Source of the DNA: a virus
Lineage: Duplodnaviria; Caudoviricetes
Direction: 5' to 3' (one strand)
Virus record (IMG/VR): IMGVR_UViG_3300046733_000629
Length of the DNA stretch: 64,000 bases
The notes under the pieces are model-generated. The model worked only from the letters and a program-made list of their open reading frames with translations, ran no database searches and had not been told where the DNA came from. Shown here piece after piece: positions 1-10,074 of the stretch; position 1 is the stretch's first letter; every line of letters begins with the position of its first letter. A program made the position numbers and the translations under genes.

Positions 1-1020
1 GTTACCTGTAATCTCAGTCTTCTGAGATTCGTTTAGTTTCTGTGATTTAGTTGTGCTTGATTCGTTAAGTACCGTTGGTAGGTATTTGTTGAATTGAGCT
101 TTTAGCTTACTTGTGCTTACGCTTTCAAGTAAGTTGTTCATTAATTCACGTTTGTCTTTTGATAGTGGTGACATAAGTTCAGCCATAACTGACTCACGTT
201 CACGGCTTTCATTAATTCTAGTAACTTTATCAGTTGCTTCAGTAATTTTTGCCTCTCTATCTTTAATTTCTTTATGTGATTCGTCAAGTTGACTCTTCAC
301 GTCTGAAAGTTCTTTTGAAAGTTTTGAAATATGTGTACCTTCAGCTAAGTGAGAACCCATAAATTCTGCTGCGAATGTTTCAAACAACTTACGTCCAAAC
401 ATATTTTCTTTAGCAGTTTTAATATCTTCTTTTAAAGTACCTAGTTCTTTTGAGAGTGTGCCCTCAACAATACCAGCTAGTTTAGTAGAAGCTTTATCTA
501 CGAATTCAGCTTTCGCTTTAGTGATCATTTCTTTACCTTCGGCGACAAGTTTTACCTTTTGTTCAATAAGGTCTTTCTTGTCATTATGGAATTCATTAAG
601 TTCTGAAGTAAGTTGTTCCATCACAAAATCTTCTAACTTCTCAAAGTTACCTTCTTGAAGTTTTCTGTCTTTGCGTAGTTCTGTAATTTCCTTGTTAAGA
701 GTTTCCATAACAAACTTATCAAGTAGATTAGCGTGTTCCGCAATCTTACGTTTGTACTCAACTTGAGCTTCTACTGCTGCTTTTTTGTCCGCTGCAAATT
801 CTTTCAACTCAGTATTAATTGTATCTGATACCATCGCGTCTAGTGCTTCCACCATTGATGTTTTATCAGTTTCATATCTGTTTGCGAATTCTTCACGTAA
901 TTCAGCAGTGATCTCTTCTCGAGCCTCACCTAATTTTACTTCCCATGCTTCTGAAAGTGTTGAACGCACTTCTTCCGATAGGACTTCTGAACTTAGGAGT
1001 TGTTCTATTGCATTAGCCAT
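1..1020 (-). CDS. Prohead scaffold/core protein (T4 gp22-like), partial; runs off the left edge
   Basis: Own translation from ATG at 1020: MANAIEQLLSSEVLSEEVRSTLSEAWEVKLGEAREEITAELREEFANRYE...; frame open to base 1; Glu/Lys-rich coiled coil; AGGAGA SD; directly follows the prohead protease as in T4-like head operons. Confidence 0.72.
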   Translation of the reverse strand, partial: MANAIEQLLSSEVLSEEVRSTLSEAWEVKLGEAREEITAELREEFANRYETDKTSMVEALDAMVSDTINTELKEFAADKKAAVEAQVEYKRKIAEHANLLDKFVMETLNKEITELRKDRKLQEGNFEKLEDFVMEQLTSELNEFHNDKKDLIEQKVKLVAEGKEMITKAKAEFVDKASTKLAGIVEGTLSKELGTLKEDIKTAKENMFGRKLFETFAAEFMGSHLAEGTHISKLSKELSDVKSQLDESHKEIKDREAKITEATDKVTRINESRERESVMAELMSPLSKDKRELMNNLLESVSTSKLKAQFNKYLPTVLNESSTTKSQKLNESQKTEITGN

Positions 1021-1650
1021 TTAGTTTCTCCTAATATCTAGTTTTTCAATGAACTGTAGTACTTCCTTCTGGAGGTACTCCTCAGCTAATTTGTCGTTGT
1101 TTGCCGCGTTTGCTACGTCAAGTAAGATGTTACCACGTTTCCCATTCATAATTTGTTCATAAATTGGATTTGGGTATGCATCTGGTGCACTTGGATTAGC
1201 TACAATATCAACTGTTTGTATTTCAAAATCGCTAACATTGCCATTGTCTGTAACATTACCGCTACCCCTTGACGAAACGCCAAGTTTGACTCCATTGTCT
1301 AAAAGGGTTTTACAAATATTTCCCATCGGAGTTGGTAATAGCTTTAAACGACCATAACCGTCTTGACCATCCATCCACATTTTTTCAATCATGTGTGACA
1401 CACGGTCTAAATTTACTTGCAGATCATCTGGGTGATCTGCTTCACCTAATACAGAGTAACCAGTATCAATCTTTTCTTGGATGACTTTAACAGCCTTACC
1501 AATTTCTGATACTGGATATACTCTCTGATTTTGATTACGCTTTTCACCTTGGACGAAAATTCCTTGCATATATAGGTTCTTACCATCTTCTGAAGATTCA
1601 GTGATGATATTTGCCTGGTCGTATGTTAGGTTTTCTTTAAGTGTGAGCAT
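1021..1650 (-). CDS. Prohead protease (T4 gp21-like)
   Basis: GIFVQGEKRNQNQRVYP, catalytic His region GEADHP, Ser region GVSSRGSG and DIVANPSA motifs typical of gp21. Confidence 0.92.
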   Translation of the reverse strand: MLTLKENLTYDQANIITESSEDGKNLYMQGIFVQGEKRNQNQRVYPVSEIGKAVKVIQEKIDTGYSVLGEADHPDDLQVNLDRVSHMIEKMWMDGQDGYGRLKLLPTPMGNICKTLLDNGVKLGVSSRGSGNVTDNGNVSDFEIQTVDIVANPSAPDAYPNPIYEQIMNGKRGNILLDVANAANNDKLAEEYLQKEVLQFIEKLDIRRN

Positions 1651-1652
1651 AA

Positions 1653-2498
1653 TTATTCAGCCTTGCCTTTTTTCTCTGCGCCGTGACCTTTAGACTCTGG
1701 AGATAATTTTGCACCGTCACCTGGGTGAGTTACATTCATATCTTTTGCATCGCCTGTTAAGCCTTTTGAATCGCCGCCGTCTGATTTAGCAGACATATCA
1801 ACTGCTTTGCCGCCCATGTCATTTTTACCTGCAACTGGTGATGCTTTACCATCGTCACCTGCTGGCATATCTGCTGGGTGCATGCCGTCTTTACCTACTT
1901 TAGTTAAATCAGCTGCTTCTTCGATTTCTTCCGAGTCTTCATCAGCTTCCGCTGCAGTTTCTTCAACTACTGCTTCTTCCATTTCTGGTTCCATATCCAT
2001 TTCTGGAGCTGGATCTGCTGCTGGCTCGTCGCCCATAATTTTAGCAAATTCTGCTTTAAGATCTTCTAGTGCGTCTTCAACGTTTACTAGCTTATCTTCA
2101 ATTTCTTCGTGATCTTCTTCGTGATCGTCTACTTCACCATCACCATTTAAATCACCGTCATCGTCTGATGCTAATTCCATTTCAGCTTCTGGCTCTGCTA
2201 GATCTGATTCAGGAGCGTCTTCGCCCTCTTTATCTTCTCCGTACATTTCCTCTGCTTCAATTTCGTCATCATCTTCTTCGATGTCGTCGATAAAGTTATC
2301 AGCTTTTTCGTCACCGATCGCTTCATCTAATTCTTCTTCCGCTACTTCATCTTCTACAACTTCGTCTGCTTCGACTAAGTCGTTCCAAATTTCACGTGCT
2401 TTTTCTACGAATGCTTCGTGTAGTAGGTCAGAAGCTTTTGCTTCTTCGCCATTCACTAGGCTTTCTATCACTTTAATATAACGTTCGCGAGTACTCAT
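1653..2498 (-). CDS. Highly acidic prohead core/inner head protein
   Basis: Start moved to MSTRERY at 2498 (AAAGGAGA SD); extremely Asp/Glu-rich with several L/I-x-E sites that could be gp21 cleavage sites; lies between portal and protease. Confidence 0.6.
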   Translation of the reverse strand: MSTRERYIKVIESLVNGEEAKASDLLHEAFVEKAREIWNDLVEADEVVEDEVAEEELDEAIGDEKADNFIDDIEEDDDEIEAEEMYGEDKEGEDAPESDLAEPEAEMELASDDDGDLNGDGEVDDHEEDHEEIEDKLVNVEDALEDLKAEFAKIMGDEPAADPAPEMDMEPEMEEAVVEETAAEADEDSEEIEEAADLTKVGKDGMHPADMPAGDDGKASPVAGKNDMGGKAVDMSAKSDGGDSKGLTGDAKDMNVTHPGDGAKLSPESKGHGAEKKGKAE

Positions 2499-2569
2499 TA
2501 GCTTTTCTCCTTTATCGAGGTTATAACACATGTATTTAGTCTTACTACAAGGTAAGATATCTTAAATAC

Positions 2570-2595
2570 AAAAAAAACCGCGGTTTTGACACCGC
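2570..2595 (-). terminator. Probable intrinsic terminator
   Basis: Minus strand GCGGU-GUCAAA-ACCGC hairpin followed by GG and an 8-U run. Confidence 0.55.
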
Positions 2596-2629
2596 TGGTA
2601 TAAAAATAACAGTTATGTAGGTATTTTAT

Positions 2630-2827
2630 CTACTCTTCTGCTTGGCTAGCGCCGTATTGTAACTGTACATCTTCGATCTTAGACGTATGCTCACTACGAG
2701 CCATTTCACGTCTATTACGCATCTTATTTAGATGTTTCAGTGTCAATCTAGGTCTACGGGTATCGTCAAGATCCCATTTGTTCAAGTTATCATCTTCTGG
2801 TTTTTGAGCAAGTTCATTAAACCTCAT
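2630..2827 (-). CDS. Small conserved-looking head-module protein (65 aa)
   Basis: MRFNELAQKPEDDNLNKWDLDDTRRPRLTLKHLNKMRNRRE...; start overlaps the portal 3' end (coupled). Confidence 0.6.
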   Translation of the reverse strand: MRFNELAQKPEDDNLNKWDLDDTRRPRLTLKHLNKMRNRREMARSEHTSKIEDVQLQYGASQAEE

Positions 2828-4484
2828 TTGATGTATCTCCCATATCATCGTTCAGTTCAGCATCTGGTGTGTCAGTTGGACCATCCATGCCTGTATCTGC
2901 ATTCTCTGCATCAACGTCAGTTGGTTGGAAACTATCAACATCGGAACCTCTAATACCTAATGCTCCTAAATCTCCTGTTGCTGTACTGTCAGGCATATTG
3001 CCTTTTTGATTTTCTTCTTTCCACAATCTTTCGTTCTCAACCATTTCTTCTTCATTTAGTCCTAAGTACCTATCAAGTAAGAATCTTCTTGACAAGTATC
3101 CCACGCCTTCAAGCTGACCAAATAGTTGTGCTTTTTGTGCATCAATTTCAATTTGTCTATACTGTGAGAAACTTTGTGGTTCAACAAAGTTTAGTTCAAA
3201 TAAACTAGAACTAACATCTAGTCCTCTGTGTTTACAGAACATTTTAAATTCTTTGTCTAATGTATTTTGCAATGTAAGTTGTAGTCTTTCACAATACTTT
3301 GCAAAACGGAATTCTTGTATCATTGCTGTACCTATACGTCCATCGTTAAATGCCGCTATACCATCTTCACTTCCAGTAGGAAGGTACGATGTTGGTACAC
3401 GAAGTCCACGCATAAGTTTGTTATTAAAGTACTTTAAATCATCAATCTCACCAAGGTTTTCACCGCCCGGTAATACTTCAACTTTAGATCCACGTCCTTC
3501 TGCTGTTTGAGCAAAGAAGTAATCTTCCATTATTGATAATGGGTTATAAGCCGCATCCACAACTTTAGTACCGCCACCACTCATATTTGGAATACGTGTT
3601 TGGTGTACTTCGTTTTTAACTCTTTCAACAAAGCCCATTGCTTTGTGTGCTGGCATATTACCTACGTCAATATAGAACACACGTCTTTCTGGTGCTCTTT
3701 GTACACGATAGATAATAATACTATCTTCTAGTAATTCTTTTTGTTTATATACTTTAAATACAGATTCTAATATACTGTTACCAAATGGCCAATTTGCATT
3801 CATGCCATCACTTAGGCTTACGTGTACTACGTTCTTAGAATCAACTGCATACTCTGAATTAACACCTTGTGAATTGTTTGCATTAACAACACCACTGTTT
3901 CCTTTACCAACACTATAACCTGTTGTAGGATTAACCGCAGTTGAATCTGCATGTTTCTTAGTATCTGTTGCAACCATATCATGTAAATTTAGTGCAATAT
4001 TTTTAATTATGTATTGATCAATTTGTCTGCCTTCGCTTTCGTTAACAATAGCTTTAGCAACATCGCCTGGTTGTACCCATATAAGTTTATATGTTTCTGG
4101 ATCTCTAATAAAAAATTGATCTCCGTATTTAATACATGATCTAAACATAGTAAATATTCTACGTTCAAAATCATTAATTCTAACCCACTGTTTTAATGCA
4201 GTTTCAAGGGCAGTAACTTCTGTATCAGTTGGAGATGTTTTGTACTTAATTCCAAAAGGAATACTTGATTGTGGATCTAATTGTGTACTAAATTCAGCAA
4301 TAGTATCTAGTGCCGCATTAATTTCACTGTCTTGGTCCATTTGATCATATTGAGTATAACGTTCAACTCTGTTTGGTTGCCCTGAATATACCTCAGGTAG
4401 CCAACTCTGCCAACGGTTTGTTTTAGTATTACCCGCTGTTCCATCATTAACGTTATATCTTGTAAAGTGTTTTTTCCAACTCAT
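2817..4484 (-). CDS. Portal vertex protein (T4 gp20-like)
   Basis: YDQMDQDSEINAALD, LLEDSIIIYRVQRAPERRVFYIDVGNMP, EDYFFAQTAEGRGSKVEVLPGGENLGEIDDLKYF, EFRFAKYCERLQ: hallmark gp20 motifs; late promoter ATAAATA at 4510-4516 (-). Confidence 0.94.
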   Translation of the reverse strand: MSWKKHFTRYNVNDGTAGNTKTNRWQSWLPEVYSGQPNRVERYTQYDQMDQDSEINAALDTIAEFSTQLDPQSSIPFGIKYKTSPTDTEVTALETALKQWVRINDFERRIFTMFRSCIKYGDQFFIRDPETYKLIWVQPGDVAKAIVNESEGRQIDQYIIKNIALNLHDMVATDTKKHADSTAVNPTTGYSVGKGNSGVVNANNSQGVNSEYAVDSKNVVHVSLSDGMNANWPFGNSILESVFKVYKQKELLEDSIIIYRVQRAPERRVFYIDVGNMPAHKAMGFVERVKNEVHQTRIPNMSGGGTKVVDAAYNPLSIMEDYFFAQTAEGRGSKVEVLPGGENLGEIDDLKYFNNKLMRGLRVPTSYLPTGSEDGIAAFNDGRIGTAMIQEFRFAKYCERLQLTLQNTLDKEFKMFCKHRGLDVSSSLFELNFVEPQSFSQYRQIEIDAQKAQLFGQLEGVGYLSRRFLLDRYLGLNEEEMVENERLWKEENQKGNMPDSTATGDLGALGIRGSDVDSFQPTDVDAENADTGMDGPTDTPDAELNDDMGDTSNEV

Positions 4485-4520
4485 ATTGTTATTATCCTTT
4501 GTATTTTAGTATTTATGCCT

Positions 4521-6539
4521 TTAACGGAAGTTACTGTTTCTTTCCTTTAAGGCTTTTTCTAATACTGCATCCTCTTCGGCTTTTATTGTCTTTTGCAACG
4601 CCGCAATTTGTTTTTCCAATAAAGACATTTCTGTATTGATCAAACGTTTTTCTCTAGGATGTTTAGTTATTTTAACCGATTCTTGTCGATCTGTCAACCT
4701 ATCTTTGAGTATAGCTAGTTCCTTACTCTTAGGTATATCCTTTGGAACTGCTAATACTGGTACAGTAGAAGGTACGTTTTCACTGAGGTTCATAGGATTG
4801 CTAGCTGATCTTCTTAAAATGTCATCTTGATATACGTCAGATGTTTTATTAGGTAATGGAGCTGTTCCTAGTTCTGTTTCAGTTATTGCTTCATTAAAGA
4901 AGTTAGTTGATTTATCTTTAATTGTTTCTGAATTGTCACTAAACCAATTTGAAACAGTTTCAATTTTTGTTGATAAACTATTTAAATTTAATGTAACAGC
5001 GTTTTGTGCTCTCAAGAACATTTTGCTTGCATCGTTCATTGCTTGTACTGTACTACCTGATGCTGTTAATTTTGCTCGGGTTTTCTTATTAAGTGCTTCA
5101 ATCTCATCAGCACTTAACTTTGCATATTTTCCAAAGTTCTTTTTGATTAATACACCGCTTGATTGTAACTCTGCAATTGCTTGAAGTATACTATTATCTA
5201 CTGCACCAGCATTTGCCATTTTAGTCATATCCATATTAGTAAAACTTTGCAATATGTAGTTACCAGCTTCTTCTCCTCGCAGTTCTCCTGTTTGAATCAT
5301 TCTTTCAATATTATTAAAAAAGTCTTCTCCCATTACTTTTGTAAATGCTGCTCTTGTTTCAGGAGTTAGTGTAGATTCAAATTCAAAGTTTTCAATATTA
5401 CCTGTATACTGAAACAGTTTCTCACCCAATGCTGTTGCTAGCTCTTGTATCCTGCCTCCACCGGCACCTTGGTCTGATATTAATGATAATTGTTGTAATA
5501 TGTGTTTTGCTGCACTAGCTTGTTCATTTTTACCATTGTCTCTAAGACCTTGTAAACCAGCCATTTCAAATGTTCCACTAATAGCAGCCATTTGTCTTTG
5601 TAATGCATCACTTCTATTTAAAGAAGTTAAACTTGCCATTGCTGTACTTTCTACAACTAAGTCTTGGAAACCTTTATCTAACTTAGTTCCCATACCAGCA
5701 AGCGTCATATCTATTGCGCCTGTTAAACGTTGTGTTTCTATATAAGCCGCATACTGATTCATTAGTTCAGTATTTGAAAGTCCTAAATCACCTAACTTAT
5801 CTGTAGCGTCACTAAGTTTCTTAAACATACTTAGAAATTGTTTAGAACCGCCTGATACATCTGATCCAAGTGCTGTCATAGTGCCACCAAAATTTGTTAT
5901 AGTATCTGAAAATGCATTATAGGTTATACCTGCTTTCATACTGTCATCATACAAATTATCAAATTCAGATGCACTAGAATAAAATATAGCACCACTGTCA
6001 ATCATTTTCTTTTGTACTTCTGCAAACTGTTCAAACTTGGCTGCATTCCAACCTGCCCATGCTAGTGCAACATCAGTTACTGTACTCATAGTACCGCCAA
6101 ACTTAGTAAAAAATTCACCTAGTCCTTTGGATTTTTTCATTAGAGACTGTAAGCCACCGCCGCCAGCTGGTCCTTTAAGTTTACCTGCTAAACTATCAAC
6201 AGCACCTACCATACTTGATAATGGCTTTTCTGCATCACCAAAGAATGTTGCCGCTTTGTTTATTGCGGATGCTGTACCTGTTGTTCTATCTAAAAATGTT
6301 TTTTGATTTTGTTCTGTTGATTCACTGTTTGCATCAGCTGCTTCTACTACTGCTTTTACAGATGCTATTACTTCTTCGTCTACTTCTTTAAGTTCTTTAA
6401 CACCGTCCAGCATTGTATCTGAAATAATATTAGTACGTTGTAACTGCTTTGCCATAGCAAGCAAAGTTGATTCACTTGCCCACGCCGGAAGTTCAATGGT
6501 AGTACCATCTGGTAAAGGTATATTATTTTTTTTGGCCAT
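4521..6539 (-). CDS. Tape-measure-like helical virion protein, copy 1
   Basis: 672 aa, Ala/Gly/Met-rich and predicted helical; N-terminal LPAWASESTL motif shared with the neighbour; position in the structural module. Confidence 0.5.
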   Translation of the reverse strand: MAKKNNIPLPDGTTIELPAWASESTLLAMAKQLQRTNIISDTMLDGVKELKEVDEEVIASVKAVVEAADANSESTEQNQKTFLDRTTGTASAINKAATFFGDAEKPLSSMVGAVDSLAGKLKGPAGGGGLQSLMKKSKGLGEFFTKFGGTMSTVTDVALAWAGWNAAKFEQFAEVQKKMIDSGAIFYSSASEFDNLYDDSMKAGITYNAFSDTITNFGGTMTALGSDVSGGSKQFLSMFKKLSDATDKLGDLGLSNTELMNQYAAYIETQRLTGAIDMTLAGMGTKLDKGFQDLVVESTAMASLTSLNRSDALQRQMAAISGTFEMAGLQGLRDNGKNEQASAAKHILQQLSLISDQGAGGGRIQELATALGEKLFQYTGNIENFEFESTLTPETRAAFTKVMGEDFFNNIERMIQTGELRGEEAGNYILQSFTNMDMTKMANAGAVDNSILQAIAELQSSGVLIKKNFGKYAKLSADEIEALNKKTRAKLTASGSTVQAMNDASKMFLRAQNAVTLNLNSLSTKIETVSNWFSDNSETIKDKSTNFFNEAITETELGTAPLPNKTSDVYQDDILRRSASNPMNLSENVPSTVPVLAVPKDIPKSKELAILKDRLTDRQESVKITKHPREKRLINTEMSLLEKQIAALQKTIKAEEDAVLEKALKERNSNFR

Positions 6540-8461
6540 TATTGTGGTCCTCCAGTAGTTATTTTCTTAGCATCCATTTCGGCTTTCTTTTCTAATAACA
6601 TTGTATAAAATGTTTTTTGTTCCAATAATTGACTTTCTAACATTAGTTGTTGTGCTTCAGCTGCTTCTATTTGTTCATCTGTTGCATCTATAGTTTCGCC
6701 AGCTTCGTTTGTGTATTCGGGTGTTTCAATAAACGACTCGATATGATCCATTCTAGACTGTGCTGCATCAATTTTTTGTTTAGCTACCTCAATTGATATA
6801 TCAATATTCTTATCAGTAACTTGTGCAAGTGCTGCTTCTCTATTAACAGTCATTTGTTCATCATAAAAATCATCAAAGTCTGATTCCTTACCAAAGAACC
6901 CACTTACTGCTCTACCAAATTTCATCAAATTATCTGTTACAAGATTTATACCTGTATCCATTGTACCAAAGCCTGGTGTTAATATTTCTTGCAAGTTTTG
7001 AAATGTTACTGCAAATTTGTCTATAGTATCAATTGATCCATCTGCATTATCAATTACACCTTTATAATAAGAAGTTGTTAATAACTCGTCTGTGTCTGCA
7101 CTCATATACGAATCTGGTATTGCTTTTGTTCTTGCTATAAGTTCATTTGATTCACGTAGGTCAGAACTGACTCCAGGCTTAGGCATTGCATCTTGTACCA
7201 TTTTTACAAGTCTTCTTTGTCTGTCTACCATGGCTTTGTTGTCACCTAATTTTCCTTGAGCTGTATCTTCAACTAATGCTATGTATTCTTCTGCAATTCC
7301 TGGTCCTACTCTACGTAGTTTTTCTATTAGTTCTCTGTTAACATTGTTTGCTGCTGTTGTATCAAATTGAAAATCTCCAACTGTTGATATTACGTCTTGC
7401 TCAAATGTCTTAGCAAAGTCTTCTCCAAATGTTCCCGTCATTAAGATTGCTGCTGTACCTTGTGCTTGTTCTATATTTTGTATTGCTGCCTTGCCAAATA
7501 ATTCTTCAATCTTTTTTGTATTTTGTATAATATTAAATTGTAACTCTTCATTGGTACGTGCTTCATTTCTAAGATTTAATGCTTCCATTCTTTGCATGCC
7601 TAAGTTATTACCAGTAAACATTGCAAGTGCATTAGCTGATTCAAAAGAGTCAGCAACACGTCTTTTTGTCATTGCATTCATTTCTTGGATTTGTCCTAAC
7701 TGATAAAGTGTCTCAGTTTCTTGTGCTAGAGATCTAGCTGTATCTTGTATGCCCATTCCAAAATCACTAAATTTATCATCGTTCTCAATTTGAGAAAGCA
7801 TTTCAGATAATTGATATTGTCCTTTAATAACATCGCCGCCTGCTGCAATCATAAATGGTTGTGTGGCTGCTGTAATGTCTGCAAATTCTTTAAAACCCAT
7901 ACCCAACGAACGTATACTTGATCTAAGTGTAGTGTACATATCTATATCACTAACAATAGAACCAAAGTCAATTAATTGTCTAGCATACTTGTCTTGTTCA
8001 GTTAATAATTTAGCAAATACAGTACCAACACCTGTTGCTGCCACCATACCATACAAACCTGCTTTAGTAGCGCCGCCAATAGCTGCACCAACTGCATTTC
8101 TTCCGCCGCCTAAAAAGTCTCCTGCGGCTGCTCCGGCGTTATACATTAACTTAGCTGTTTCGTGTGATAGATCTGCAACTGCCTGTATGGGTGACATATC
8201 AGACATAACTGAGCTCATTGCACCTTTTGCTTTTTTAGCACCCTTTTCTATCTTTTTTTCTAGTTTTTCTGCTTTTCGTTCTGCTTCTTCAGCTTTACGT
8301 GCAGTAGTTTTAACTTCACTAGTACCGGATCCACTTAATATGGCTGCAATTTGACCCATTGTAATGTTTTGAGAGGTCAGATCACTGTTAAGGGCTTGCA
8401 GTGTTTCTTCTGTAGCCCAAGGATAGCGTTTACTTATAAATTCAAAGTATTGGTTGTCCAT
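6539..8461 (-). CDS. Tape-measure-like helical virion protein, copy 2
   Basis: 640 aa, same composition; N-terminal YPWATEETL motif; translationally coupled to copy 1. Confidence 0.5.
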   Translation of the reverse strand: MDNQYFEFISKRYPWATEETLQALNSDLTSQNITMGQIAAILSGSGTSEVKTTARKAEEAERKAEKLEKKIEKGAKKAKGAMSSVMSDMSPIQAVADLSHETAKLMYNAGAAAGDFLGGGRNAVGAAIGGATKAGLYGMVAATGVGTVFAKLLTEQDKYARQLIDFGSIVSDIDMYTTLRSSIRSLGMGFKEFADITAATQPFMIAAGGDVIKGQYQLSEMLSQIENDDKFSDFGMGIQDTARSLAQETETLYQLGQIQEMNAMTKRRVADSFESANALAMFTGNNLGMQRMEALNLRNEARTNEELQFNIIQNTKKIEELFGKAAIQNIEQAQGTAAILMTGTFGEDFAKTFEQDVISTVGDFQFDTTAANNVNRELIEKLRRVGPGIAEEYIALVEDTAQGKLGDNKAMVDRQRRLVKMVQDAMPKPGVSSDLRESNELIARTKAIPDSYMSADTDELLTTSYYKGVIDNADGSIDTIDKFAVTFQNLQEILTPGFGTMDTGINLVTDNLMKFGRAVSGFFGKESDFDDFYDEQMTVNREAALAQVTDKNIDISIEVAKQKIDAAQSRMDHIESFIETPEYTNEAGETIDATDEQIEAAEAQQLMLESQLLEQKTFYTMLLEKKAEMDAKKITTGGPQ

Positions 8462-8567
8462 TTTTCCTTCTCATATTAACCGATGTTTTAATTCAGATAA
8501 ATACTATTGTAATATACACACTATTTATGGTATTCATAATATAGGTATATAATTGGAGAACAAACAT

Positions 8568-9398
8568 ATGACGAACCCACTAATTCAAGCATATAGAAAA
8601 CCAGCTTTGTACATTGCATTGCCAAGTAAGGGTAATTTTTATAAAAATAAACCTAAACTCAGCATTGATAACGAACTAGCGGTATATGCTATGACAGCAA
8701 GGGATGAACTTATAACTAAAACACCAGACGCTTTGTTTAACGGAGAAGCCACTGTAAGTTTAATTAGAAGTTGTTGCCCAGACATTGATGATCCAGATTC
8801 AATGCCTGTGAGCGATTTACTTGTAATACTAATTGGAATTAGACAAGCAAGTTACGGTAAGGAAATTGACGTAGACGTTAAGTGTCCAAAATGTGAATTT
8901 GATAATCAACTACAACTTGATGCAAGTATAATGTTGTCAAAAACAAAATCAGAAATAGTCGCACGTGAAGTAACGTTAGACTCTGGTTTTAAAATAACTG
9001 CCAACCCATACACATTAAGAGATAGAACAACACTACAAGTTCAACAAATAAAACAAAACAAAATGATTCAAGGTTTAAGTGATGCAAAATTAGATGACGT
9101 TGCTAGACAAGAATTGTTTGGAAAAACATTTGTTGAGATTGCTGAACTTACTGTTAGTTTAATTACTAATAGTATTGAAAGTGTACAAGGTCCTGAAACT
9201 GATATTATTTCAGACAAGGAAGTGATTAAAGAATGGTTACAAAATATAACAAGAGCAGACTACGATGTAATTAAAAACAAAATAGAAGCACTAAGTGAAA
9301 GTGGTTTAGAAACTGAATTTAATGCTAGCTGCCAAGAATGTAATCACAATTGGAAAACTGGTGTTGATTTAGATATTGCAAATTTTTTCGGGGGTTGA
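8568..9398 (+). CDS. Baseplate hub assembly protein (T4 gp26-like)
   Basis: Start MTNPL at 8568 after GGAGA; YIALPSKG..Y, ELAVYAMTARDELITKTPDALFNG, LLVILIGIRQASYG and CPKC/CQEC Zn pairs. Confidence 0.78.
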   Translation: MTNPLIQAYRKPALYIALPSKGNFYKNKPKLSIDNELAVYAMTARDELITKTPDALFNGEATVSLIRSCCPDIDDPDSMPVSDLLVILIGIRQASYGKEIDVDVKCPKCEFDNQLQLDASIMLSKTKSEIVAREVTLDSGFKITANPYTLRDRTTLQVQQIKQNKMIQGLSDAKLDDVARQELFGKTFVEIAELTVSLITNSIESVQGPETDIISDKEVIKEWLQNITRADYDVIKNKIEALSESGLETEFNASCQECNHNWKTGVDLDIANFFGG

Positions 9399-9622
9399 TA
9401 GCTTCTCGTCAACCCGTAGAAATCCAAGAACTAGTTCAACGATACGAAAAACAGTTAGAGAAATCTGAAAGCAGTTTCTTAGACATAGTAATACGCAGTG
9501 AAGGTGCAGTAAGTTATCAAGATATTATGATGATGCCTGTTCCGGCTATAAAATTATTAGTTGAAAGAATGAATCACAGAGTTGAAGAAATCAACAAATC
9601 TAATCGCGGTCCTCGCCGGTAA
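9395..9622 (+). CDS. Small baseplate/tail assembly protein (gp51-like by position)
   Basis: 75 aa, coupled to the gp26-like gene; G.VSYQDIMMMP..IKLLVE resembles tail-chaperone C-terminal segments. Confidence 0.45.
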   Translation: MIASRQPVEIQELVQRYEKQLEKSESSFLDIVIRSEGAVSYQDIMMMPVPAIKLLVERMNHRVEEINKSNRGPRR

Positions 9623-10049
9623 TTAATTTATAATAAGTATCAGGCCAGTTGTCGTAATACTTTGTAGTTTTTAAGTACTTACGTTTTTCCATTATATCTC
9701 CACGCAATTGAATAAACACACAATCTGTAAAGTTCTTTACAAAGTGTCCACTATTTCTACTACTCGTAAAAAATAATAAATCAGGATTGGCAACCATTGC
9801 CTCCTCGCAAAATTTTTCTACGGGTTCCATATCATTTATATCACCTAACCAGGCAATACCAATCTCATATGTAGATTTGTCAAAAGTGTTTAGTTGTGAT
9901 AAACTATCACGTGCATCTATAAATTGTATTTTTTGCTGTAGTCTAGCCTTACGTGCAAACGGACATACTGGTAAGCCAGAGTCCTGTTTAACCTCAATAG
10001 AGTTTTGGCTCCATTTAAGGAATTCTTGTTCAAAGTCAGAAAAGTTCAT
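9600..10049 (-). CDS. Hypothetical protein, DUF1415-like
   Basis: W....IE.....LPVCPFARKA motif recalls the DUF1415 N-terminus. Confidence 0.5.
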   Translation of the reverse strand: MNFSDFEQEFLKWSQNSIEVKQDSGLPVCPFARKARLQQKIQFIDARDSLSQLNTFDKSTYEIGIAWLGDINDMEPVEKFCEEAMVANPDLLFFTSSRNSGHFVKNFTDCVFIQLRGDIMEKRKYLKTTKYYDNWPDTYYKLITGEDRD

Positions 10050-10074
10050 TATATTGATATCATTCTTGTTTATT

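Noticed and set aside
1653-2498. Asp/Glu low-complexity repeats
   Set aside because: Ordinary for prohead core/scaffold proteins of T4-like phages; not a DNA repeat element.
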